Made by a program: the position numbers and the translations under genes
Origin: Hyphomicrobiales bacterium
GTDB lineage: Bacteria; Pseudomonadota; Alphaproteobacteria; Rhizobiales; UBA4765
Length of the DNA stretch: 64,000 nucleotides
NCBI GenBank assembly: GCA_965247525.1
Contig: OZ252015.1
Location: 592,110 to 656,109 of the forward strand
Direction of reading: 5' to 3'
Part shown: piece after piece, positions 18,570 to 33,703 of the stretch
How positions within the stretch are numbered: the stretch's first letter is position 1
Layout of the letters: each line of letters starts with the position of its first letter
Notes under the pieces: model-generated
Told to the model about the DNA's origin: nothing
The model's database searches: none
Seen by the model: the letters and a program-made list of their open reading frames with translations, nothing else

Positions 18570-18886
18570 TGGCTTGCCAGCTATGGCGATAAACGACCGT
18601 TGCAATAAATCATTCGGACCCGGGGGCAGTACCCGGCGCCTCCACCACTCTCCCCGTTACCGGGAAGTGTTGCGGGGGCGAAACAGGCTTCGACGAAGGT
18701 TGAAAAGGCGTCTCTTTTGCTCGGCATTGTTCCGCCGTTATCGGGCTGTTTTAGAAATGCAAACGATAACTTTGCAGGACACTCAAACGTAGCTAACGCT
18801 GCTTAGTAAGTATCCACCAAAGCCCTAGGGATTTGCATCCTTAGGCGGGGTTCGGAGGCACCTGGCAACAGAAGCCTCCACTTTTC
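18570..18886 (+). ncRNA. ssrA: tmRNA (ssrA), circularly permuted two-piece type
   Basis: The acceptor piece ends CCGGG-GGCAGTA-CCCGG-CGCCTCC-A-CCA at 18620-18647. After 26 nt the coding piece starts GGGGGCGAAACAGGCTTCGACG at 18674. GGGGGCG pairs with CGCCTCC, including the G3:U70 alanine identity pair. The tag ORF at 18759-18803 encodes ANDNFAGHSNVANAA, followed by TAG TAA. A hairpin at 18854-18879 is followed by TTTT. The 5' boundary is approximate. Confidence 0.85.
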
Positions 18887-19000
18887 ATAATTATTTTGTC
18901 CCCTGTTTATATAAGGCACCGCTTCACAAGACCGTTTGCGGATTGTATCTGATTGAATCTTCGCCCACACTAAAGGCGTGATTCACCCCGAAAGGCTGAC

Positions 19001-19633
19001 ATGACCGAGGATATGATCCGTTACGACCTCTTGGCGCAGGAAGCCTTGCGCGGTGTCGTCAAAAAAGTTCTGCAAGATACCGCAAAGGGCGGCCTTCATG
19101 GCGAGCATCATTTCTATATCGCCTTTGATACCAATTATGCAGGGGTCAGACTGTCGCAGCGCCTGCGCGAGCAATATCCGAACGAAATGACCATTGTCTT
19201 GCAGCATCAGTTCTGGGATTTAACCGTTAGCGACCACGCGTTTGAAGTGGGTCTGTCCTTTGGCAATGTGCCCGAGCGCTTGGTTATTCCTTATGACGCC
19301 ATCAAGGGGTTCTTTGATCCCTCGGTGCAGTTTGGCCTTCAGTTTGAAATCATCGATCTTGATGATGAAAATGCCGAAGACGACAGTGCCGGTGAAGAAG
19401 ACGGACAAGACAATATCGAAGGCAGCGACAATATCCCTGCCGGCAAAGCGAAAAAGCCCGTTAAAGGCAAGACCAAAAAACTGGCAGCAAAAGCGCCAGA
19501 AGGAACCGGCACGGATGTCGCGCAGATGACGCCCAAAGCAAAACCAGCGAGCGGTAAAAAAGGCGATACGCCGCCAGATGGCCCAGGCGCTGAAGTCGTA
19601 AGCCTTGATAAGTTTCGCAAACCTAAAAATTAA
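19001..19633 (+). CDS. sspB: alpha-type SspB, ClpXP adaptor for ssrA-tagged proteins
   Basis: [13 protein letters not shown]...HHFYIAFDT...[16 protein letters not shown]...[11 protein letters not shown] matches the alphaproteobacterial SspB fold region. A long acidic/basic linker leads to a C-terminal [11 protein letters not shown] ClpX-binding-like tail. Confidence 0.8.
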   Translation: MTEDMIRYDLLAQEALRGVVKKVLQDTAKGGLHGEHHFYIAFDTNYAGVRLSQRLREQYPNEMTIVLQHQFWDLTVSDHAFEVGLSFGNVPERLVIPYDAIKGFFDPSVQFGLQFEIIDLDDENAEDDSAGEEDGQDNIEGSDNIPAGKAKKPVKGKTKKLAAKAPEGTGTDVAQMTPKAKPASGKKGDTPPDGPGAEVVSLDKFRKPKN

Positions 19634-19638
19634 ACCCG

Positions 19639-21027
19639 ATGAGCACACGTACAGAAACGGATACATTCGGCGCGCTTGAGGTCGAATCCGATCGCTATTG
19701 GGGTGCACAATCACAGCGCAGTCTTGGCAATTTCAAAATTGGCTGGGAAAAGCAACCGACCGCGATGATCCGCGCTTTTGGCATCGTTAAACGCGCCGCA
19801 GCTGAAACCAATATGGAACTTGGCCTGCTTGATCCGCAGATTGGCCGCGCCATTGTTGCGGCTGCGACCGAGGTGATGGAAGGAATGCTCGACGCGCATT
19901 TTCCGCTTGTTGTCTGGCAGACAGGGTCCGGCACTCAAACCAATATGAACGCCAATGAAGTCATTTCAAACCGGGCGATTGAAATGCTTGGCGGCGAGAT
20001 GGGCTCTAAAAAACCTGTTCATCCAAACGACCATGTGAACATGTCGCAGTCGTCGAATGACAGTTACCCAACGGCTATGCACATCGCCGCCGCTGAAATG
20101 GTGGCGCACCAGCTTTTCCCCGGTCTGGCGCATCTTGAAAAAGGCCTTCGCGACAAGCAAAAAGCCTTTGCTGAAATTATCAAAATTGGCCGCACCCACA
20201 CGCAAGATGCAACACCGCTGACATTAGGGCAGGAATTTTCTGGCTATGTCGCTGCTGTTCACCGCGGCATCAGGCGTATCAAGGCGACGCTTGACGATGT
20301 GTACGCGTTGGCGCAGGGCGGCACGGCTGTCGGCACGGGCCTGAACGCGCCGAAAGGCTTTGCTGAAATGTTCGCACAAAAAGTCGCGACGATTACAAAG
20401 CTGCCATTCATCAGTGCTGACAATAAATTTGAGGCGCTTGCCTCGCATGGGGCATTGGCTTTTATGCACGGCGCGCTGGCCTCGCTTGCTGCCGACATGT
20501 TCAAAATTGCCAATGACATCCGTTTTCTCGGCTCTGGCCCGCGCTCCGGTCTTGGTGAGTTGATCTTGCCTGAAAACGAACCCGGTTCGTCAATCATGCC
20601 TGGCAAAGTCAACCCAACACAGGCCGAAGCGTTGACGATGGTGTGTGCGCAGGTCATAGGCAATGAAACCACCGTAACTTTTGCCGCAAGCCAAGGCCAT
20701 TTTGAACTTAATGTGTTCAAGCCTGTTATTGTCTACAATGTGCTCCAATCCGTCCAGCTTCTGGCCGATGCGGCGCGCAGCTTTCAGGACCATTGCGTTG
20801 CGGGCATTGAAGCAGATACCAAACGCATTGCCTTGCTGATGCAGCAATCTTTGATGCTGGTAACAGCCCTTGCGCCGCATATCGGCTATGACAATGCTGC
20901 AAAAATCGCCAAGACAGCACATAAAAACGGCACGACATTGCGCGATGAAGCGGTCAAGTCCGGCCTTGTCAATGACAATGATTATGACCGTATCGTCGAC
21001 CCGACAAAGATGATCGGCCCGTCCTGA
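19639..21027 (+). CDS. fumC: class II fumarate hydratase
   Basis: 462 aa. [13 protein letters not shown] signature, [23 protein letters not shown]. Confidence 0.95.
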   Translation: MSTRTETDTFGALEVESDRYWGAQSQRSLGNFKIGWEKQPTAMIRAFGIVKRAAAETNMELGLLDPQIGRAIVAAATEVMEGMLDAHFPLVVWQTGSGTQTNMNANEVISNRAIEMLGGEMGSKKPVHPNDHVNMSQSSNDSYPTAMHIAAAEMVAHQLFPGLAHLEKGLRDKQKAFAEIIKIGRTHTQDATPLTLGQEFSGYVAAVHRGIRRIKATLDDVYALAQGGTAVGTGLNAPKGFAEMFAQKVATITKLPFISADNKFEALASHGALAFMHGALASLAADMFKIANDIRFLGSGPRSGLGELILPENEPGSSIMPGKVNPTQAEALTMVCAQVIGNETTVTFAASQGHFELNVFKPVIVYNVLQSVQLLADAARSFQDHCVAGIEADTKRIALLMQQSLMLVTALAPHIGYDNAAKIAKTAHKNGTTLRDEAVKSGLVNDNDYDRIVDPTKMIGPS

Positions 21028-21410
21028 TGGACGATCTGCTTAAACTTCGGCTCGATGACGTCATCGTCGACATGTCAATCGGCATCTACCCGTTTGAGAG
21101 ATTTGCTGAGCACCCAAACCGCCTGAAAATCAGCATTGAGCTTCATGCCGATATTGCGCCGGGGCCGCTCGCAAAAGCTGAGATGATCGACTACGCCTAT
21201 GTCTATCGTTTTTTAAAAACCCTGCCCGGCCAAGGCCATGTCGATTTGCTGGAAACGCTGGCCGACCAGATCACAGAAAATTGTTTTTCGCTGCAACGCG
21301 TTAAAGCGTGCCGCGTCGTGATCTTAAAAATCTCGCTGCTGAATGATTGCGCTGGCGCAGGCATTGATGTTGTGCGCACGCGCAAAAGCTGGACAGAGCG
21401 AAACGCTTGA
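21027..21410 (+). CDS. dihydroneopterin aldolase family (FolB-like) protein
   Basis: 127 aa. IGIYPFER....RLKISIEL is like FolB tunnelling-fold proteins. TGATG is coupled to fumC. Confidence 0.65.
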   Translation: MDDLLKLRLDDVIVDMSIGIYPFERFAEHPNRLKISIELHADIAPGPLAKAEMIDYAYVYRFLKTLPGQGHVDLLETLADQITENCFSLQRVKACRVVILKISLLNDCAGAGIDVVRTRKSWTERNA

Positions 21411-21444
21411 GTCACACTCATCCTTGAAATTTCAGGGAGGCATT

Positions 21445-21909
21445 ATGACTGAAGATCTTCACAAAACGGTGTTTGTTCCTTTTCTGCCGCAGGAAGCATT
21501 CCATCTTTTCGTCAGCGCAATCGGCGAATGGTGGCCATTGTCGAAAGACACGCTCAGCGGCGACCAGCCCGACCAGCGCGGCATTTCACTCGTGATCGAG
21601 CCGCATGCAGGTGGCCACATGTTCGAACTTATGAAAGATGGAAGCCATAAAAACTGGGCGGATGTCATGCGCTACAAGCCCGGCGAAGACCTTTTGCTGT
21701 GCTGGCGCAAAGGCCGTCCCGTGGCGCAAATGACGGAAGTTGAAGTTGTGTTCACGCCTGCGGGGTCAAGCACCAAAATCGATCTTTGCCATCGTTGTTT
21801 TAAGCGTTTTGGCGACGAAGCAGACGCTTTACAAAAACATTATGATCTGGCTTGGACAAAAATCCTTGAGGGTTTTATCTCTTACTGCGCCACGCATCAG
21901 GCGGCGTAG
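21445..21909 (+). CDS. SRPBCC (AHSA1/START-like) domain protein
   Basis: ATG at 21445 is preceded by GGGAGG. The pattern F.PFLPQEAFHLFVSAIGEWWP is typical of AHSA1-type SRPBCC proteins. The track start at 21343 overlaps folB-like. Confidence 0.6.
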   Translation: MTEDLHKTVFVPFLPQEAFHLFVSAIGEWWPLSKDTLSGDQPDQRGISLVIEPHAGGHMFELMKDGSHKNWADVMRYKPGEDLLLCWRKGRPVAQMTEVEVVFTPAGSSTKIDLCHRCFKRFGDEADALQKHYDLAWTKILEGFISYCATHQAA

Positions 21910-22097
21910 TGGCCGAGATTATCAATTTGCGCCGCAAGCGAAAAGACAAGGCGCGCGGCGACAAAGCCGATGCGGCGTCTGAAAACCGGGCACGCTTTGG
22001 TCAGACCAAAACCACAAAACAAAAAACCGAAATGGAAAAATCCAAACTTGAAAAAACGCTCGACGGTGCCAAGCGCGACGAGAGCAATGAGACTTGA
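21909..22097 (+). CDS. DUF4169-like small basic protein
   Basis: 62 aa with a GTG start. IINLRRKRKDKAR....RARFG.TK is characteristic of DUF4169. It directly abuts the next gene. Confidence 0.55.
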   Translation: MAEIINLRRKRKDKARGDKADAASENRARFGQTKTTKQKTEMEKSKLEKTLDGAKRDESNET

Positions 22098-22319
22098 GTG
22101 AAAAAACGTTCCATTACGATTGCCGGTCACCGCACCTCTGTCTCTCTTGAAGCACCATTTTGGGAGGCATTTCAAAACCTTGCAGACCGACAAAACTTGC
22201 CACTTGCTGCGCTTGTGCGTGAAATTGACGCAACCCGCGGTGCGGCAAATCTGTCATCCGCAATCCGCATTTATGTGCTGAAGCAAGCCTTGGGCAGCAA
22301 AATGCCAGAACATGCTTAA
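22098..22319 (+). CDS. ribbon-helix-helix domain protein (RHH_4-like)
   Basis: 73 aa with a GTG start. SITIAGHRTSVSLEAPFWEAFQNLA......LAALVREID.....NLSSAIRIYVL matches the RHH_4 pattern. Confidence 0.6.
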   Translation: MKKRSITIAGHRTSVSLEAPFWEAFQNLADRQNLPLAALVREIDATRGAANLSSAIRIYVLKQALGSKMPEHA

Positions 22320-22393
22320 AAACCAAGTCTTTCTGCTGGAATCATGCTCAAGAATGCTTATCTTAGAGCCTTGAATCAGCAAGGACACAGATT

Positions 22394-24751
22394 TTGAGCT
22401 CCGCCGACCCTGCCCGACCATTTCCGCCGCAAGACAGCCTATCTGCACAGGCCATGCAGGCGAGTGCGCCGCAGTCGCATCGTGGTTATCTCGACGCCCT
22501 CAACCCCGAACAGCGCGAGGCAGTAGAAGCAACAGACGGCGCGGTTCTGGTTCTTGCCGGTGCCGGAACGGGCAAAACCCGTGTGCTGACAACACGCATC
22601 GCGCATCTTTTAAATCTCGGACTGGCGCGACCCAACCAAATTCTGGCCGTGACTTTTACGAACAAGGCGGCGCGCGAAATGCGTGAACGCATCGGCGCAT
22701 TGATCGGGCAATCGGTCGAAGGCATGCCATGGCTTGGCACGTTCCATTCCATCGGACGCAAACTTGTGTCCATCCATGCCGAAGCATTGAACCTGTCCAG
22801 TAATTTTACCGTGCTCGACACCGATGATCAGATCCGTTTGCTCAAACAGCTTTTGAAAGCAAATGACATCGATGACAAACGCTGGCCAGCGCGTCTGCTT
22901 GCCAATCTAATTGATGGCTGGAAAAATCGCGGACTTGAACCCTCTGCCGTTCCTGCAGGTGACGCCGCGTTTTTTGCCAATGGTAAAGCGATCGAACTTT
23001 ACACGGCTTATCAGGAGCGCATGCGCGTTCTCAACTGCGTCGATTTTGGTGATTTGCTGCTGCTGCCGATACGCCTTTTTCGCGACAATCCTGATATTTT
23101 GCAAAATTACAGACAGCGTTTTCGCTATCTGCTTGTCGATGAATACCAAGACACCAATGTCGCGCAATATCTATGGCTGCGGCTGCTATCCGGCGGCGCA
23201 CAGGCCAATATCTGCTGCGTCGGTGATGACGACCAGTCGATCTATGGCTGGCGCGGGGCTGAGGTTGATAATATTCTTCGCTTTGACAAGGATTTTCCCG
23301 GCGCGAAAGTGATCCGTCTGGAGCGCAACTACCGCTCGACGGGACATATCCTTGGCGCTGCCGCAAAACTGATTGCCAACAACAGCGACAGGCTGGGCAA
23401 AACATTGTTTCCGGCAGGCTCGGACATGGGAGAGCCTGTTACAATTACCTCATTGTGGGATTCAGAAGAGGAAGCCCGTTACATCGGCGATGAGATTGAG
23501 GCGTTGCAGGCAAAAGGCCGCAAGTTGAATGATATGGCCATCTTGGTGCGCACCTCAGCGCAGATGCGTGCTTTTGAAGAACGTTTCGTCACATTAGGAC
23601 TTTCTTATCGCGTTATCGGCGGCCCACGCTTTTATGAGCGGCAGGAAATTCGCGACGCCATGGCGTATCTGCGCGTTACAGCCAACCCCAATGATGACCT
23701 TGCATTCGAGCGCATCGTCAATGTGCCCAAGCGTGGTCTTGGTGATGCCAGCATTCAGCAATTGCATATTGAAGCGCGCGCACATGGAATTTCTTTGCTT
23801 GAGGCCGCAAAACGTCTCATTCAAACCGAAGATCTGAAGCCTAAAATACGCACCACATTTACAGAGATCGTCAAAAATTTCGACCGCTGGAAAACAAGCA
23901 TTGAAACTTTGCCACATGTGCAGCTTGCGGAAATGATTTTGGATGAAAGCGGTTACACGTCGATGTGGGGCAATCTGCGCACCGTGGAAGCGCAAGGCCG
24001 GCTCGACAACCTGAAAGAGCTTGTGCGCGCGCTTGGCGAGTTTGACAGCCTGCCAGCTTTTCTCGAACATATTTCGTTGATTATGGACACGGACAAAAAT
24101 GATGCGCAGGACGCCGTCAGTATTATGACGCTGCATGGCGCGAAAGGCCTTGAATTTCAAACGGTGTTTTTACCCGGCTGGGAAGAAGGCCTGTTTCCGT
24201 CACAGCGCTCGCTTGATGAAAATGGCCGTGCAGGTCTCGAAGAAGAACGCCGCCTTGCTTATGTCGGTATCACGCGCGCCAAGGAACTTGCCAAAATTAC
24301 ATTTGTGCAATCACGCATGCTGCATGGCTCATGGTCGTCGACCATGCCATCGCGCTTTATCGATGAACTGCCGCAGGACAATGTGGAAGTGACCCCCGGC
24401 CCTATGCAGGAACGCTATGGCGCCTATTCGATGAATATGTCGAAGCTTGTTAGCAGCAGTTTTGACCCCGAAACAGGCGCGCGCGCATCGCCGGGCTGGC
24501 AGCGTGCGCAGGAACGCTCGTCATTTGAAAAAATGGGAAAGTCATTTAAGCCGCAGGGTAATTTTATTGAAGGCCAGGTCATTCGCCGCGGCGAAAATCC
24601 AGCTGCGCATCCTTACACATCTGGTATGCGTGTGTTTCACCAAAAGTTCGGCTATGGTTTTGTGCGCTTGGTCGAAATTGATCGGCTGACCGTTCAATTT
24701 GAAAAGGCTGGCGAGAAAAAAGTGCTTGCCGGGTTTGTGAGCGCGGCGTGA
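22394..24751 (+). CDS. uvrD: ATP-dependent DNA helicase (UvrD/PcrA/Rep family)
   Basis: LNPEQREAV, GAGTGKT, FTNKAA.EM, DEYQDTN, YRS, TLHGAKGLEF, VGITRA. The TTG start at 22394 is uncertain; ATG alternative at 22454. Confidence 0.9.
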   Translation: MSSADPARPFPPQDSLSAQAMQASAPQSHRGYLDALNPEQREAVEATDGAVLVLAGAGTGKTRVLTTRIAHLLNLGLARPNQILAVTFTNKAAREMRERIGALIGQSVEGMPWLGTFHSIGRKLVSIHAEALNLSSNFTVLDTDDQIRLLKQLLKANDIDDKRWPARLLANLIDGWKNRGLEPSAVPAGDAAFFANGKAIELYTAYQERMRVLNCVDFGDLLLLPIRLFRDNPDILQNYRQRFRYLLVDEYQDTNVAQYLWLRLLSGGAQANICCVGDDDQSIYGWRGAEVDNILRFDKDFPGAKVIRLERNYRSTGHILGAAAKLIANNSDRLGKTLFPAGSDMGEPVTITSLWDSEEEARYIGDEIEALQAKGRKLNDMAILVRTSAQMRAFEERFVTLGLSYRVIGGPRFYERQEIRDAMAYLRVTANPNDDLAFERIVNVPKRGLGDASIQQLHIEARAHGISLLEAAKRLIQTEDLKPKIRTTFTEIVKNFDRWKTSIETLPHVQLAEMILDESGYTSMWGNLRTVEAQGRLDNLKELVRALGEFDSLPAFLEHISLIMDTDKNDAQDAVSIMTLHGAKGLEFQTVFLPGWEEGLFPSQRSLDENGRAGLEEERRLAYVGITRAKELAKITFVQSRMLHGSWSSTMPSRFIDELPQDNVEVTPGPMQERYGAYSMNMSKLVSSSFDPETGARASPGWQRAQERSSFEKMGKSFKPQGNFIEGQVIRRGENPAAHPYTSGMRVFHQKFGYGFVRLVEIDRLTVQFEKAGEKKVLAGFVSAA

Positions 24752-25650
24752 CAACACTTCTCATCACCGCTGAACTACCCGAGCATAAAGCCAAGCTCCT
24801 GGCCGATAAGCTTATGGAGGGCGAGCATTTTTTGCCCGTGCAGGCGGCTGCCGCGTTTGAAGCCGCGCCGCCATTCTGGCGTTTTGAAGCGTGGAGCGTT
24901 GAGGCGATCGACAAGGCCGATTTTTTGCAGGCCGCGCGCCAGCTGACAAATGACAATACGCTTGATGGGTTTCGCTATCAGACTGTCGACGACAAGGACT
25001 GGGTGGCCAAAAGTCTTGCCGACTTGCCGCCCGTGCGCGCCGGTCGCTTTGTCGTATTTGGCTCGCATGACCGCGACAAGGGCCGCGTCAATGAGCACCG
25101 CATTGAAATTGAAGCCAGCCTTGCCTTTGGCACGGGCCACCACCCGACGACACTCGGCTGTATGTTAGAGCTGGATCGCTGGTGCAAAAAAGAAAAGGCC
25201 GGCGGCTTCCCACACCGCAGCCTGAAACCGACGCTTCTCGATGTCGGCACCGGAACCGGTGTTCTGGCGCTTGCCGCCGCGCGGGCATTGCCTTTGCGCG
25301 CGATCGCCACCGATCTTGATGCCAACGCCATCATCGTTTCAAAACGCCATCGCCAACTGGCCGGGCGGCAGAGCCAAGTGGAATTGCAGGTGGCGCGCGG
25401 AACAGACCACAGCGCCATTCGACGCGCATCGCCCTATCCGCTGGTGATCGCAAACATTTTGGCAGGACCGCTTGTCAGTCTTGCCCCTTCGCTGGCGCGC
25501 GTTACGAAAAGTGGCGGCACGCTTATTCTTTCGGGCCTGCTGCACTGGCAGGCGCGCCGCGTTTTTGCCGCCTATCTCCGGCAAGGCTTTAAATTTGAGC
25601 GACGGCGGATTATTGGTGATTGGGCCACGCTCGTTCTCGTCAAACGCTAA
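24748..25650 (+). CDS. prmA: ribosomal protein L11 methyltransferase
   Basis: FGTGHHPTT..CL, DVGTGTGVLA, ANILA. The GTGA start overlaps the uvrD stop. Confidence 0.85.
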   Translation: MTTLLITAELPEHKAKLLADKLMEGEHFLPVQAAAAFEAAPPFWRFEAWSVEAIDKADFLQAARQLTNDNTLDGFRYQTVDDKDWVAKSLADLPPVRAGRFVVFGSHDRDKGRVNEHRIEIEASLAFGTGHHPTTLGCMLELDRWCKKEKAGGFPHRSLKPTLLDVGTGTGVLALAAARALPLRAIATDLDANAIIVSKRHRQLAGRQSQVELQVARGTDHSAIRRASPYPLVIANILAGPLVSLAPSLARVTKSGGTLILSGLLHWQARRVFAAYLRQGFKFERRRIIGDWATLVLVKR

Positions 25651-25661
25651 GGATCGAACTC

Positions 25662-31190
<5,529 letters not shown>

Positions 31191-31199
31191 CCGGTAACA

Positions 31200-32066
31200 T
31201 TACCCCGTAATGTTTTTGAATGCGCGTGAAATCCAGGAACTTGGTGCCTCCTGGGGTGTCGTTCCTGCACCTTCCAACAAAGCGTAGGCATCCTTGTACC
31301 ATTGGCTTTGCGGAAAATTATGCCCCAGAACTGCGGCCGCCGCCTGTGCTTCATTGACGATGCCGAGCGCGAGATAGGATTCAACGAGACGGTAAAGTGC
31401 CTCTTCGACGTGGCGTGTGTTTTGATACTGCTCAACCACAACGCGGAAACGGTTGACGGCGGCAAGATAGCTTTTCTGCTTCTGGTAGAAACGGCCGACA
31501 TCCATTTCCTTACCGGCGAGCTGGTCGCGGGTGGCCTGAATGCGCTCCTGTGCCACCTGCGCATATTGCGATTGCGGATGCTGGGTCGCAAGGTCTTGAA
31601 ATGCGGCCAGCGCTTTTTTGGTGCGCGACTGGTCGCGTGTCACATCTGGAATTTGTTTGTAATAGGAGTCGGCCATCAGGAATTTTGCGTAAGCAATGTC
31701 CTCAGAACCTGGATGCAGACTGACATAGCGCTCTGCTGCCGTAGCGGCGCTGTCATAGTCCTCGGCTTGATAATAAGAGTAAGCGGCCATCAGGCGCCCT
31801 TTTTTTGCCCATTCGGAATAGGGATGGCCTTTTTCAATGTCTTCGAATTTCTTCGCCGCATCTTTCCAGCTGCTATTTTTCTGGAGCTGCAAGCCTTCAT
31901 TATAAAGCTGCTCTGCTGGCAGCGATGGCGTGACCGTGTCTTCGCTCGACGCTGGTTTAAAAATACTGCCGATACCGGAATCGCTGTCGCACCCGCCAAG
32001 TGTCAGCGCAAAACCAAGCATCGTAACGGCAAAATAAAAAGAAGCAAAAGGCGTGCGCAAAAACAT
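31200..32066 (-). CDS. bamD: outer membrane protein assembly factor BamD (lipoprotein)
   Basis: Lipobox LTLGGC. TPR-like repeats. YSEWA...YYQ...Y..A pattern. Confidence 0.85.
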   Translation of the reverse strand: MFLRTPFASFYFAVTMLGFALTLGGCDSDSGIGSIFKPASSEDTVTPSLPAEQLYNEGLQLQKNSSWKDAAKKFEDIEKGHPYSEWAKKGRLMAAYSYYQAEDYDSAATAAERYVSLHPGSEDIAYAKFLMADSYYKQIPDVTRDQSRTKKALAAFQDLATQHPQSQYAQVAQERIQATRDQLAGKEMDVGRFYQKQKSYLAAVNRFRVVVEQYQNTRHVEEALYRLVESYLALGIVNEAQAAAAVLGHNFPQSQWYKDAYALLEGAGTTPQEAPSSWISRAFKNITG

Positions 32067-32199
32067 TGAGAATCCAAACTGTAACTGGTGTGCGTTCGGC
32101 TTAGCACGCCGCGCAGGCTTCCGACAACCGTCTGCCCCTTCTCATCTAACGCAAAAATGCGCCAATTATGGCGCATTAAGATGCTTTCCGTGTCAAAAC

Positions 32200-32400
32200 C
32201 TAGTGTTTTTTGTTGAGATCTTCAGGGCCGGTAATACCGCCGCCGGGCTGTGTGATCGCCAAAGGATCACTTGCCGGAAAAGTGCCTTTCAGCTCTTTAT
32301 TGAGGTCTTTGGCCTCATTTTTTTTGGTGTCGCGGCCTGTCGCCGTATCGCATGAGTTTTCGTTTTTCACGCGGCCTGAATTTGTTGCTTTGTCATTCAT
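32200..32400 (-). CDS. small hydrophilic hypothetical protein (66 aa)
   Basis: The ATG is preceded by AAGGAG 9 nt upstream. Lies between lpxC and bamD on their strand. No recognisable domain. Confidence 0.4.
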   Translation of the reverse strand: MNDKATNSGRVKNENSCDTATGRDTKKNEAKDLNKELKGTFPASDPLAITQPGGGITGPEDLNKKH

Positions 32401-32456
32401 TGGGTTTCACTCCTTACGCTGTTCTTAAAACGCGTCAGATGTGCAAACAGTTCCGT

Positions 32457-33446
32457 TTAAGAACGACTGGGTGTGAATGTCGGGGCTGAAAAACGCATGC
32501 CCATCGGCAGACGCGCGGGGCGGACGACCGTGGGGTTCAACTCGGTAACGCGATAGGCAGCGCGGTCAATAAAAAGAGCGTTTAAAATACCGGCATTCAG
32601 CTTATGCCCGCCCTTAAAGGAGCGAAACTGCGCACGCAGCGGCATGCCCGCCAGCGCAAGATCGCCAATGGCATCCAGTGCCTTATGGCGTACGAACTCA
32701 TCTTCAAAGCGTAGCCCTTCGGCGTTGAGCACATTTTGCTCGCCAAGAACAACCGTATTGGCCAGAGACGCGCCAAGGCCAAAACCTGCAGCGCGAAGGC
32801 GCTCCGCATCTTTGAAAAAGCCAAATGTGCGCGCTGGCGCAAGATCGTCACGAAAGCTTTGTGCGGTCACATCCGCGCAATAGCGCTGGCGGCCAATGGC
32901 CTGCGATGCAAAGTCAATCTCGATGTCCAGTTTAAACCCGTGATAGGGCAGCAGTTCAGCCCACTGGCTGCCATTGTCGATACGGACAGGTTTTAACACT
33001 TCAATGACGCGGCGCGGTACGTTTTGCACCACCGTGCCGACAGCATCAATTGCCGCAACAAAAGGCGCAGCCGAACCGTCAAGAATAGGAACCTCGCCGC
33101 CTTCAATATCGATAGCGGCATTATCAATACCAAGCCCGCGCAGGCTGGCCATGATATGCTCGACCGTTGAAATTGTGGAGCCGTCATCACAGCCCAGAAT
33201 ACTGGCAAGCTCTGTTGCCGCCAGTTTTGAAACCTGTGCGGGGACAGGTTGGCCGTCGCGGTAAAAAACAATGCCGCTATGGGGCGGTGCAGGAGAAATG
33301 GCAACCGAAGACGCGCGACCGCTATGAACGCCAATGCCATCCAGACGAACAGGTTTTGCTAACGTGGACTGCCAGACTTGCAAACTAAAAAAACCCCCGA
33401 CGCACTGCTTGCTGCAGATTTGAAACTGCGCCCAAATCATAAACAC
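32457..33446 (-). CDS. lpxC: UDP-3-O-acyl-N-acetylglucosamine deacetylase
   Basis: GIGVHSG, STVEH..A.L.G.GIDN, HK.LD.IGDL.L. The true start is probably downstream of the track start, for example TTG at 33383 (LQVWQSTLAKPV...). Confidence 0.9.
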   Translation of the reverse strand: MFMIWAQFQICSKQCVGGFFSLQVWQSTLAKPVRLDGIGVHSGRASSVAISPAPPHSGIVFYRDGQPVPAQVSKLAATELASILGCDDGSTISTVEHIMASLRGLGIDNAAIDIEGGEVPILDGSAAPFVAAIDAVGTVVQNVPRRVIEVLKPVRIDNGSQWAELLPYHGFKLDIEIDFASQAIGRQRYCADVTAQSFRDDLAPARTFGFFKDAERLRAAGFGLGASLANTVVLGEQNVLNAEGLRFEDEFVRHKALDAIGDLALAGMPLRAQFRSFKGGHKLNAGILNALFIDRAAYRVTELNPTVVRPARLPMGMRFSAPTFTPSRS

Positions 33447-33703
33447 AGTGTTGCTACCCGCTCATAGAGCCGTATTCTTGGCATAAAAGCACATCACAAA
33501 CCGCAACATATTGTTACAATCTTTAGACCAAGACCTTGAAAAAGCAGGGTTTTGCGTAACAGAGGCTCTTAATCGAAGAGTTATCCACCAGACAGTTGTT
33601 TTGGAAAAGAATGCAAGCGTCCCAATCTTTAATACGTGCAATACATCTTGCGTTTTTATTTGAAATTTGTTTAATCGCCTCATATTTTTATTGGATATTG
33701 ACA

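Noticed and set aside
18538-18792. 84-aa ORF
   Set aside because: It overlaps the two-piece tmRNA (acceptor arm, G3:U70 pair and tag reading frame) and is not a protein gene.
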